DNA of 64,000 nucleotides from the human T2T-CHM13v2.0 reference genome, Homo sapiens: the NCBI RefSeq assembly GCF_009914755.1, contig NC_060929.1; one strand, given 5' to 3'. Shown here in pieces: positions 51,400 to 64,000 of the stretch. Below the pieces are notes generated by a model. The model saw nothing but the letters and a program-made list of their open reading frames with translations. It had not been told where the DNA came from and searched no databases. Positions within the stretch are counted from its first letter, which is position 1. Every line of letters begins with the position of its first letter. The position numbers were made by a program, and so were the translations under genes.

Positions 51400-51830
51400 T
51401 GGGTCTCATCTTAAATGATTCCAACAGTGTCATTGTCCTGGAGTCTTCCTCTTTGATCCATTCTAGTGTGTCACTGTCGTTCTTAAAGTATGATACTCAG
51501 AACAGATCACAGTTTTCAAGGTCTAGCAAATACAAAGGACTACATTTCTGTTGATGTAACTGATATTGAACTGACTTCCTGAGGAGCCGCTTCACACTAC
51601 TGGCTTATATTGAATTTAAAGTCGGTTGAAACCCGCGGTTCTTTTTATTTCAGTAACTGCCTCAGTCTCATGCACCTGAGAGTGACTTCCCCTGCCATTG
51701 TGAAAATCCTGAACTTCTTTCTTCATGATCTAACTAGACTCTGCACTGAGCAAACAAATTACATATACATATTTCCTAATTTGTTTATAGATGCATATAC
51801 GGGATACATTTTAACTGGTGTGATTTGAAT
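51400..51830 (-). mobile_element. L3/CR1 fragment
   Basis: ctcagaacagatcacagttttcaaggt...cacactactggcttatattgaatttaaagtc resembles antisense CR1 RT region. Confidence 0.5.
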
Positions 51831-51999
51831 TTTATATTGAGTATTGGCAAACCCCTTTAGTATAAGTTGAATTGCAAGAATATCTTGGTGAGTGATTATT
51901 TTTACACCCTCTGAAATTGAGGCGGGACGAAGGGTAAAGACAAGGAAATTGTTACAAAGTGGTAAAGGATATAATTATGTGATTATATTCTTAAGAGAA

Positions 52000-52470
52000 T
52001 GTATCAGTTACCTTTTACTTAAGCAAAAACTTAATAGCTTAAACCAATCGTTTATTTAGTTCATGATTCTCTGGGTTGGCTGGGCAGTGTTTCCCAGTTT
52101 CTAGCTCTGCTTATCTCTACTGGCCTCATCATGATGATATGCAGTTGGCGGGTGGGTCTGCTGGCAGTGGTTGGCAAGCTGCTAACCCCAGTGTCTCCAC
52201 ATAGCTTTTCATCCTCCAATGGGCTGGCTTGGGCTTGTTCATATGGTGGTCTCGGAGCTCCAAGTACAATGAGAGAACAAGCTTTAATAGGTAAGACCTT
52301 TTCAACCCTCAGCTTAATGTCCTGCTGTTGGCCAAAACAAGCCAAATGGCCAACCCAGATTCAAGGTCACGGAGAAATAAACTTTGCCTTTTGTAGGGAG
52401 ATCTGCAGCATCAGATTTCAAGGGTGTTAATACAGAACGGAATAATTTGGCCATTTTCACATTTACCACA
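52000..52470 (-). mobile_element. MLT1 (G/H/J-like) LTR
   Basis: tgtatcagtta...aaacttaatagcttaaac...ttggccaaaacaag...ttaccaca. Confidence 0.7.
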
Positions 52471-53032
52471 CGGAGTTTGTAGAATCTCTTTCAACAGAGA
52501 TTTTAAGGGGAAAAAAATAGACCAATATTTTTCTGAATATTTTCAATGTCCGTTTGCTTAAAGGTAAAAGAAATGAGAGGATTTTTATTTCCAACAGCAA
52601 TCAACATGACAATTAAGTACCCTATTAGATAGCTTTCTCATCTAAAGAATCTAAAAATTGTTATGAATTTATTTTACGACTCTTTTAACATGCACTACCA
52701 TGCTGACATGAAAGGAAGGAATCTACGAAGGCTAAAAACGGAAACAGAAACCCTGCTGTGACTCCCAATGCCTTATTTCATCCTGATAGTTTATCTTAAA
52801 CCTTGGAGACCTTGAGCTTTTACTCTGTTGTCTAAATGGATCATGGAGAACAGGAGGCAAAGCTTAGCATCTAGTCAAAGTGGGAATCCAATAGGAGACC
52901 TATGTATAAAGCTGTTTCCCCTGAAAAAAATGTTCTCAGCATTTGATGGATGAGAAATAAACTGGCTCTGGAGAGGGAGAGAGCAAGGAAACTTGCCTGT
53001 TCCAACTTTGGCACTGAGTAGAGGGGAATAAA

Positions 53033-53327
<295 letters not shown>

Positions 53328-53439
53328 TTACTTATGAAAATATCTGTCCATAATCCACCCTTTACATGGATTCATGACTATATTCGTGTTATATATTTGT
53401 TATAAATAAAAATTTATAACAATATATAAAATATGTAAT

Positions 53440-54400
53440 AGAGTCAAGCAGAAAATTTAAGTTACAGTGGTCTCCCACTTGGCAAATGGCAAAAGCAAAT
53501 GATACTCCTCTTTGGAGGAACTCAACTTTATTCCAGGCCTCAAAGACTTTCCACACATAGTGTTATCAGGAAAATGAGTAACTCACAGTCAGTCAAAAAC
53601 ATACAAATTATAATGGAATGAGAGCCAGCAGAAACAATGGCGAGCAGAATCAGAACCTCAACAACTTTGTATATTGAAATTTCCTGTCATTACATAATAA
53701 CTATATTGATACATTTAAACAAGCTAGAAAATATGAGCAAAAAAACAACAACAGTGCATTATAAGCAATAGTGCAGAAGATTTGAAAAGGAAACAAATAA
53801 AACTTCTAAAAATAGAAATATATAATCTTTGAAATTAATTCAATGTATCAATTAAATAGCAGATTAGATGTTGCTAAAGAAAAAATTAATAAAACAGAAG
53901 ATTTCATCCAAAAAAAGTTATACAGATAATAGATCAAAAATATGAGAAGGTGGTAAAAATAAAAAAGAAGCTAATATATGGAGAATATAGTGAGAGGTCC
54001 TGACATATATATCTAATCAGAGTTCTGGGGATAGATAATAGAGAACATGAGTGGGAGGACAATATTTGAAGAGACAACAGCTATGAATTATCTAGAGCTG
54101 TTGAAAGACACATATCCTTGAATCCAGAAAACCTAATAAATTCCTGCAGGAAAATTTAAAAGAAATCCACCTACAATATCAGAGTAAAACCTCAGATCAT
54201 CAAAGAGCCGATCTTAAAAGTAGCCAGGGAGAAAAGACAAATCATCTGCGTATAAATGGTAAATGGCCAGACAACTGACTTTTCAGTAGCAACAAGCAAA
54301 CTAGAAAACAGCAGAAGAATATATTTAATGTACTGAAAGAAATAACTGTCAAGGAAAGATTATGTATTCAGCAAAACTATCTTTCTATAACAAAGACAAA
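53440..54400 (+). mobile_element. Ancient L1M, ORF1 region (host element; resumes about 57610)
   Basis: aaatagcagattagat, aatatttgaagagacaacagctatgaatt, gacaactgacttttcagtagcaaca, cagcaaaactatcttt. Confidence 0.75.
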
Positions 54401-54444
54401 CCTACAACTAAGATTATACTTAGTGGTGAAAGACCGAATGTTTC

Positions 54445-54976
54445 TGTTAGATATGAGTTCTAAATTTCTTTTCAAAGAATTAATACGTTAGTATGTTCAA
54501 TTCTTTGCCTTCTACTTTTAAACTTAACTTCCTCGTAAAGCAACATTTTTCAATTACCTACTCCACCCTGACTCATTCCGATTTCCTACCCCACCCTGAC
54601 TCATTCTGATTACCTACTCCACCCTGACTCATTCTGATCACATGCTCCACCCTAACTCATTCAGATTACCTGCTACCTGCTCTGCCCTGACTCCCGCCAA
54701 AGCACTCACCCCGTCATTCTCTTTAAATTAGCCAGTCGGAATTTGTTTAGCCTGTGCGGTCTAACCCTAGCCAATAGGGAAACGACACAGCAGCAGGGGC
54801 CACGTGCCTCAGGGATAAGAACCTCTTCCCCTCCCTTGTCCAAGTGCACCCTCACCTTTGCTCCATCTGTAAGGGCGCACCGTTCTATAGTAATAACTTG
54901 CCTTGCTGAGAATTAAAAAGAAAATTTTATATTCTAGTGCTATTCCTTTTGCAGCACCGAAATTTTATATATAACA
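54445..54976 (+). mobile_element. Solo ERV1 LTR, LTR10 family (LTR10F-like)
   Basis: TG...CA ends (tgttagatatgagttctaaatttc...tataaca); 4-bp TSD TTTC; internal 28-bp repeats with TGACTCA; CCAAT at 54771; ATTAAA at 54912; the L1 continues across it. Confidence 0.85.
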
Positions 54977-55454
54977 TTTCCCTGTAAGATCAAAAACAAG
55001 ACAAGAATTTCTGCTCTCACCACTTCTATTTGACATTGCATTTCAGGTTTGTGCTAGGTTAATTAAGGAAGAAAATGAAATAAAAGGCATCCAGATTAAA
55101 AAGGAAGAAGTACAACTAATCTCTATTTGCACATGACATGATCTTGTATAGCAAATCCCAAGGAATACTAAAAAATTATTAGAACTAATAAGTTTATCAA
55201 GGTTTCAAGATATAAGATCAAATACCAAAATCAATTATATTTCTATACCATAGCAATAAACAATCTGAAAATAAAATTGAGAAAACAGTTCCACTGGCAA
55301 TAGCATCAAAGGAATACATAGGAATGAATTTAACAAAAGAAGTTCAAAATGTGTACTATGAAAACTACAAAATGTTAAACAAGGCCTAAATAAATGGAAA
55401 GTTGTCCCTTGCTCATAAAATAAAAGACTTATTTATTATTAAGATGGCAGCACT

Positions 55455-55698
55455 GGCTTGCAGATGGCCGCCATCTTGCTGCGTCTTCGCATGGCAGAGA
55501 GAGAAAGGGAGAGAGGGACAGCCAGCAAACTCTCTAGTGTCTGTTGTTTTAAGAGTACTAATCTCATCATGAGGGCCCCACCCTTATGATCTCATCTAAA
55601 CCTAATTATCACACAAAGGCCCATCTCTAAACACTAGGATGTTGGAGGTTAGGGCTTCAACATATGAATTGGGGGTGGGGACAGAATTCAGTCCATAG
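55455..55698 (-). mobile_element. Partial MaLR LTR (MLT1A/MST-like) within L1
   Basis: ggcttgcagatggccgcc...catgagggccccaccctt...ttagggcttcaacatatgaattggggg...attcagtccatag. Confidence 0.8.
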
Positions 55699-57248
55699 AA
55701 AATGCAATCCCTATCAAAATCTCAGCTGGCTTCTTTGCCAAAATTGATGGTCTGATCCTAAAATTCATATGGAATTTCAAGGGACGGACATAGAATAGCC
55801 AAGCAATCTTTAAAAAGAACGAAGTTGGAGAACTCACACTTCCCACTTTTAAATATGCTACAAGGCTATAATAAACAAGATAGGGTGGTACTAGCACAAG
55901 GATAGGCATAGAAATGAATAAAATCAAAAATATAAACATAAACTTATATTTATGGTTGGTTAATTTTCAACAAGGCTGTTGAGATAATTCAAGAGGGGAA
56001 GAATGGTCTTTTCAAAAAAAGGTGTTTGGAAAACTGAATATTCATATGCAAAAAATGAATTCACACTCTTTCTTTACACATACATAAAAATTAACTAAAA
56101 ATTGATTGAAGACCTAAATGTAGAAGGTAAAATTGAGAAACTCTTAGGAAAAAATATAAGAATAAATCATTGTGATCTTGAGTTGTGCTAAACCTTCTTA
56201 CATATGACACCAAAAGCTCAAGCAACAAAGAAAAAATATATCAATTAGATATTATCAAAATTTAAAACTTTTGTGCTTCAAAATACACCATCAAGAATGT
56301 GAAAAGACAACCCATAGAATAGGAGAAAATATTTGCAAATTATAAATCTGAAAAAATATTTGTGTCTCAGCTATGTAAAGAATTCTTACAATTGCATAAT
56401 AAGAAGACAAATAACCTAATTTCAAAATGGGCAAAGGATATGAATAGACATTTATACAGAGAAGTTATACAAATGTCCAATAAGCACATGAAAAAATGCT
56501 CGACATCATTAGCCATCAAAGAAATGCAAATCAAACCACAATGAGATGCCACTTCACATCTACTAGAATGGCTATAATCAAAAAGATAGATAACTAGTGT
56601 TGATGAGCATGTGGAGACATTAGAACTCTCATACATTGCTGGTGGAAAGGAATGTAAAATGGTGCAGCTTCTTGGGAGAATAGTCTGGCAGTTCCTCAAA
56701 AGATGAAATTAGAGTTACCGTATGACCCAGCAATTCCAAATTCCACTCCTCAGTATATACTCAAGAGAAATAAAAATATATGTTCACACAGAAATATATA
56801 CATGAATGTTCATAGCAGCATTATTCGTAATAGCCAAAAAGTAGAAAAACTCAAATCTTCATCAACAAATGAATGGATAAATAAAATGTGATCTATCTCC
56901 ACAGAGGGATACTATTTAGCAATAAAAAGGAATGAAATACTAATAAATGCTCCAATGGGAATAAACCTTGAAAACACGTAAAAGAAAACAGTCACAAAAG
57001 GCTACACATTGCAGGATTTCATATGTATGAAATGCTCAAAACAGGCATATTATATAAAGACAGAAAGCAGATTCATGGTTATCTAGGGCTGGGGGTGGTT
57101 GGAGGAAGATAAGGAGTGATTTGTAATGGGTTTGTGGCTTGTTTTGGAGGTGATGAAAACGTTCTGGAATTAGATAGTGGTAATGATTGCACAACTTTGT
57201 GAATATGCTAAAAAATGGTTGAATTGTACATTTTAAATTGTTGAGTTA

Positions 57249-57662
<414 letters not shown>

Positions 57663-58753
57663 TCATTAAATGAAATTATAAAATATGTTCTGTAAGCAGA
57701 AGAAAAATGATCCCAGATGGCAGAACTGAGATGAAAGATGGCATGGTTAGCAAAATCTTAATGAAAATCAGAAAACTCTTGAAACCGAAAGATAACAAAA
57801 ATGCTATGTATCAAAAACTTGCATTACAAAATGTAGTTTAAAGTGGTACTCAGAGGAAAATGTGTAGCCTTAAATTATCATAATAGAAAAGAATTAAGTT
57901 CAAAAACCGTGAACTAAGTGTTCAACTCAAAAAGTTTGAAGAGCAGAATGAATCCAAGTAAAATAGAAGGAAGGAAATAATACAATAGACATTAATCAAA
58001 GAAAAAACGCACAGTGGACAGGATTAGCAAAAGTTGATTCTTTAAAAATACAAGTAAAATAGACAAAATTCTGGCAAAATTATTCAAGTAATGGGAGAAA
58101 ATATACAAATCAACAATATTAAGAATTAAAATAGGGACATCGCTGTAGTTGCTATTAAAATTAAAGACATAAAAAGAAATATTATAAACAATTTGAGTAA
58201 TAAATTTTAAAACTTAGATAACAAAATTTATCAATTCTTGAGTGCAAATTAAAACCTACTCAAGAAGAAATTTTGAAACCTGAGTAGTCCTATAATCATC
58301 CAAGATATTGAATTTGTGAATTTGTAGTTAAAACTCTTCTACGAAAGAAACAAAAATCAGCATTGGAATCAAGTTCTACAAAACATTCAAAAACAAATCA
58401 TCTATGTCTTATAGAAAGTCTTTCAGAGAAGAGAAAAGGGTACACTTCCTAACTCATTTGAGCCAGCACAATACCAAACAAGGAAAAATAATCATATGTC
58501 CATATCATTCATGAACATGGATTTTAAAATCTTAGACAAAATATTAGCAAACCAAGTTTAGAAAAGTGTGAAAAATATAGCATAACTGACCAAGTTGAGT
58601 TTATTCTAGAAATTTGAAATTGGCTTAATATTAGAAAACTGGTTAATGTATTTTGCTATAAAGATAAGAAAGGATAAAAATATTTGATTATTTTAATAGA
58701 GTAGAAAAGGTGCTAGATAAAATTTAACACCCACTTATACCTAGTTATTTTTA

Positions 58754-58874
58754 TTTTTATTTTTTTGAGACGGAGTCTTGCTCTGTCGCCCAGGCTGGAG
58801 TGCAGTGGCACGATCTCGGCTCACTGCAAGCTCCACCTCCCAGGTTCATGACATTCTCCTGCCTCAGCCTCCCA
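58754..58874 (-). mobile_element. 5'-truncated AluY (right-arm end)
   Basis: gagacggagtcttgctctgtcgccc...cactgcaagctcc; perfect 18-bp flanking repeat TATACCTAGTTATTTTTA at 58736-58753 and 58875-58892. Confidence 0.93.
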
Positions 58875-59383
58875 TATACCTAGTTATTTTTAAAACTAGG
58901 AGGAATTGAAGAAAGCTGTCATAATTGATAGATTATGTATACAAAAATTATAAAGGAAACATTTAATAGTAAAATGCTGAAGGCATTCTCTAAGATCAGG
59001 AACAAGATAGAGGTGCTCACTGTCATGACTTCTGTTCAACATTTGGCCTGGAGGGTCCTAGACAATCCAGCAAGATATAGAAATAAAAGTTATATGGTTT
59101 GAAAAGGAAAAAAAAAACCTATTATTTTTAGATTATATAATTGTCTGCATAGAAAACCCAAAAGAATCTACAATTTAGTAAAATCAATAAGAAAATTAGT
59201 CTATAATAAGGAGAAAGGAAAAGAACCCATTGGTCACTTTTAGATAATGCTGGTGAAATCATTATTTTGAAACAAATAATATGGGCAAAGAATCAAAACT
59301 TTAACCTATTGTACAAACTGTACAGTACTTAACTGTAAGCAAAGGGTTAATGAAAGTTTCTATCTACAGAAACACTCCACCTA

Positions 59384-59545
59384 CGGGGCGCCTGCAGTCC
59401 CAGCTACTCAGGAGGCTGAGGCAGGAGAATGGCATGAACCTGAGAGGCAGAGCTTGCAGTGAGCCAAGATCGGCCACTGCACTCCAGCCTGGGTGACAGA
59501 GCGAGACTCCGTCTCAAAAAAAAAAAAGAAAAAAAAAAAAAAGAA
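59384..59545 (+). mobile_element. 5'-truncated AluY (right arm)
   Basis: ggagaatggcatgaacc...gagcttgcagtgagcc; TSD AGAAACACTCCACCTA (59368-59383) / AGAAACACTCTGCCTA (59546-59561). Confidence 0.93.
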
Positions 59546-62500
59546 AGAAACACTCTGCCTAATAAATGAAGAATTAAATAATTAGAATATTTTAATTTTG
59601 CAAAGCTTTAATGAAATAGTGTATCTAGCAATGATCATCAATAGCCATTTCTACTCACCAACACCACCCCCCAAATCATAGAAGTGCAGAACATCAATGT
59701 AGTATTATTCCTAAAAAGAAAAAAATAATCAGACCTGAATTTCAAGTCTGTAGATATAACCACCATTTATAGAAAATGTAAAAGAGAGGAGAACAAGTTA
59801 ATCAACACCATAGGGATACAATCAGCAAAATCCAAACTGCAGAAATGACTCAGTCTCTTTAATAAATACATTGCAAGGAGAAAATAAGAAGGAAAAATAA
59901 CTAGCAATTAAGGGACTTAAGAGGTACATCAGACAAATGCAATGTATGAACCCTGATAGATTTTTATTCAAACAACTGGTCACTAAAACAAAAAAAGAAA
60001 AGAAAAAAAGGATGGGATAATTGGAAAACTTGAACACACTGACTTGATAATGCCTTAATAGACATTATTTTCAGTGCTTTTAGATTACTGTGGTTGGCTT
60101 TTTTAAAGAGTCCTAATATTTTAGAGATACATTCTGAAATAATAATACTAAAAAGAAAGTCAATAAGAATTTATTAAGGTTACTAAATACAGAATAAATA
60201 TAGAAAAAAATTGCATTTGTATTCACCATTAACAATCAAGACACCATTTACCTGAACAAGAAAAAAAGTTTAACTTAGAAATAAATTTTATAAAGTTGTA
60301 TAAGATAAAAATTATAAAATTGTTAAATTTGTAGAATATCATAAGAAAGACATTAAATACCTAAATAATTTTTTAATATGCTAAATTCTCTGATAGAAAG
60401 ATAGAAATATCAAAAAGATGACAGTTCTACTCTGGTTGAACTATATAGTCAAAACAATTCTAATACATTCCATAAGGTTTTCCATAGAAATTAAGAAATC
60501 AGTTAAAATTATATTCTTGACAAAAGGCCAGGAATAATCAAAGCATTCCTAAAGAACAACAAAGCAAGAGGGCCTGTCCTACCAGATATCATCATTTGTT
60601 ATTAAAACCTATTAAGACCATGTGATCTTGGATTAAGGACAGATAAAAAGACCAATGGAACTGAATATAGAACCAAACACAAACTTTCATACATATGGAA
60701 ACTTGCTTTTTGCAGATCAGTGGGGAAAGATTAGACTGCTTAATAAATGATGCTGAGATGATTAATTATCCATGTGGGAGAAAATCAGATCCCTACTGTA
60801 TATCATTCCCTAAAGTCAATTCCAGGTGGATTTGCTTTACTATGAAAGGCAGCTCAATAAAATTTTTAGAAGACAATATAGGAGATACCTTTTTAGGATT
60901 TCAGGGTAGAGAATAATTTCTGAAACATGACACAGAAAGGGCAATCCATAAAGGAAAAGATTCACAAATTCAACAATGTAAAAACTGAGAACTTTGGTTC
61001 ATCCAAAAACAAGAAAAGGGGAGCAAAAGCAAGCCCCAAATTGCAGAAGATATTTGTAATAAATGACTGAAAAAGGATTGATTTCCAAAATATATTAAGA
61101 ATTTCTACAAGTCTAAAATGTAAAAAATGAGCAAAAAACATTAGCAAGTATTTTAACATTTGAAAAAAATTCTCAATTTGATTAACCATTAGGGAAATGA
61201 AATTTAAAAATCACAAAATGATAAATGATATCATTTCACATCCACTATGTTGACCAAATATGTCAGATATTACTAAGTACTGTTGATGATATATATCAGT
61301 GGGAACAGCTGGTGGGAAGGTAAATAGGAAAAGCTCTTTGGAAAACAGTGAGGCATTACCTCACAAATGCAAGAATGTTTAGAACAGCATTTCCATAAAA
61401 GCAAAAAACTGCAAGTAGCTCAAATGCCCTTCAGCAGTGGAGTAGACCAACTGTGATGTATTCAGGCAGTGGAATACAGCACAGCAGTGAAAATGAGTGA
61501 ACTGCAGTTACGTGCATCGACGTGGATGAATCTCAACACACAATACTCAGGGAATGAAGCAGGCACGGGACAATTGCAGTATGACTCCATCAACATAAAG
61601 TTCAAAAAGTGGCCAAACTAAACAAAATATTGTTTATGGATACATCACAGGTGGTAAGACTATAAAGTAAAGCAAGGGAATGATAAACACATAATTAGGG
61701 ACGGTATGGGACAGAGGTGCTCTTAAGGAGAGGAGAACAGGCTTCTAAGGAATTGGTGATGTTCTGTTTCATAAACTCGGTAGTGGGTACATGGGAGTTA
61801 TTTTATTATTCTTCTTTAAACCATACATATATATTCTATACATTTTCTCTATGTATAATATATTTCACAATGAAATGTTCTGAATAATGAATTAGATCAC
61901 CCTCAGGGGCCCTTCTAACTCTTGGATTTTGAAATTTCATAAAATCCAGTCTCATTCAAAAAGTTGAAAATCACTAAAACTGTATGACAGAGTCTTGCAC
62001 TTTCTGTTCTAGATGTGTCCTCAGTTAACCACCCAGCCCCTTCATCTTACAAATGAGCTCCAGAGAGCTGGGATAACTTTTTCAAAATCTCCCAGCACTT
62101 GAGTGCTAGAACAAGACCACAGACAAAGGTCCAATAACCTACAAAACATCACATTGTTCACTGACGCATTCTGGGGCTGTGTGCAAGTCCTCCTTCTGGG
62201 CCTTATATTTACATTGAGCATTTATTCCGGATTTGCTCAAAGCAGTTTTAACGTTCAATATTGCGTTTCACTCAGCCTCAGATCCATCTGTCATGCTGGT
62301 CCAGCTTGCCTTCCATCCCTGTGCTCCCCACTGTATTTCCAGGAACCCCTGAGAGGCTTATCAACCTTTACATCCTTTCTACCAAAACCTTCCTCCTTCA
62401 GCTCCTTGGGGGCAATGGAGGACTGATTGTTCCAAGTTTTCCTATGGTGGCCTGGATTTCTCCACTGGGAGAGGTGGCTCTGGGGGTGGAGTTGGCAAAG

Positions 62501-64000
62501 GAGACAAAGGAGAGAAAAAAAAAAGGGAAAAAACAGGAGCTGTTTCCAATGAGGTTGTAGGCCATGACCTAATTGATTCCGCAGCCATGAAGTCAATTGT
62601 TCCACCACCTGCACGGCCCAGAACAGCCTGTGCTCTGGTTTGCCTGCTCGTGAGACCAGACATTGTTTGATGTGATGAATTTTCATAATGCCTGATGGAA
62701 GATGAACCCTTCCCAGACTTCTGCCACCACCACCATCTCCACCACACTCCTGCCTCTTCGTAGGGGTGGGGTCGGGGGCCACAAGCAATGCTCCACACTG
62801 AGTTTAAAATGTTTAGGCGTATAGTAAGCGCTAAAGGAAGCTTTTCTTCTCATAGACTTACAGCATGTCAGTTCTAAAAGAAAAGCTCAGCCTCTTCATT
62901 CTGCGTACAAGTGAACAGAGGCCCCAGAGAAGTGAGGGTAAAGTTCACTGTTGTCCAGAGACTCAGTGGCAGTGATGAGACCAGAGGTTGGGTGGTCTGA
63001 CTATCAGACCACTGTGTCTCCCACTGTCCTGAGCTGTTCCCTCCCCTCATGCAGTGACTTCTGAAGCTGCCTTCTCCTCACTCAGCCTCACCCCTTAAGC
63101 CTCCAGTCCCCAAAGGTGAACAAACATTTATGAAATATTTCTGGCATTCACCTGGCAGTCTCTCCTATTTTTAACCTGGCTGCTTTTGCAAAACAACTTC
63201 CCCTGTTAAAGGTGAGATAGTATTTGCTGGGGTGTTTTCACTCAGTTCCAGGTTGACTCTTCAGACTTACAGTCTTGCTAACTATCTTATTGGTTTTCCC
63301 ATCATTGATCACCCTTGAGAAAGCTGACTTGTACTAACCAACTCCTCAGAAAACTGATGTAGAAAGCCCGAATACCTGTTCATCAATGTGGATGAGAGGT
63401 GTGACCTTGAGTTGGATTGTTTCATGGTGGCCTGGCCAGCACCTGGCCTCTCAGAGGCAATCTAGGTGGAAAGTCAGTCCATCAGACAGCAGCCTCAGAA
63501 CCAGGGGAGCTGGTGACAGGATTTGAATGGGCACCGCAGTTGCCTTCCTCTGATTGCTAATCAGGCCCCTTCCTCGCTGGTGCATCCTTGCTTTAGCTGA
63601 TTGGTACATTCAGTGGGTTTCTACAGTTCTGGTGGCCCTGTGAGCCATTTATTGCCTTGGAAGAAATTTTGCATCTTTCTGCTCTGCCCATCATGTGTTG
63701 ATTTCACAACTTAACTCCTTACAAGTAAATCTCATATTTCTAAGTCCTTCAGTGGGGGTGGATCTCACATAATTCAATTGTTGAAACACCTATAAATCTA
63801 CTTGTTTTTCTGTTTTGTCCTACATTTATTTCTCCCTATTATCCAAAAGAATATTCCAAAAGACTAGGAAATGCCTTGTAAAATCCTGTTGCATCTCTGT
63901 TCAAAAGCCATCGATGCAATTGATCATTTTTGCAGCTGAGTGATGGAGAATTATTACAATCTTCTCCCATTTTTGTATATGTTTGAGATATTTTTCTAAA

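Noticed and set aside
54553-54664. 28-bp repeats (and the 19-bp promoter repeats) as a CRISPR-like array
   Set aside because: Head-to-tail units with no unique spacers, no cas genes, eukaryotic context
62291-62788. 165-aa minus-strand ORF
   Set aside because: Low-complexity, no domain, no supporting splice or promoter signals

Overview
Primate (very probably human) genomic DNA covering the 5' end of ABLIM3 (actin-binding LIM protein 3) on the + strand. It contains a CpG-island promoter (~8.25-8.8 kb), a non-coding exon 1 (donor after 8561), exon 2 (8916-9015, ATG at 9003, 13 coding nt), a 41-kb intron, and exon 3 (50342-50479). Spliced, these give MNTSIPYQQNPYNPRGSSNVIQCYRCGDTCKGEVVRVHNNHFHIRCFTCQ, the start of LIM domain 1; I found no further exon. 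The rest is non-coding and rich in Alu, L1, L2, MIR, L3, MaLR/ERV LTRs and DNA-transposon relics, and nearly all ORF-track entries are spurious. There is no prokaryotic-type system (CRISPR, operon, prophage). The most notable observations are: (1) an unbroken relay of overlapping uORFs in the 5'UTR, with two AUGA stop/start overlaps and a last uORF overlapping the main AUG; (2) an in-frame, stop-free alternative acceptor 81 nt upstream of exon 3; (3) a solo LTR10-type element with an AP-1 VNTR; (4) a tailless U6 retrocopy with TSDs; (5) a 3x19-bp promoter minisatellite; (6) a close inverted pair of truncated AluYs. Repeat names come from recalled consensus sequences, not a search, and the boundaries of old repeats are approximate.
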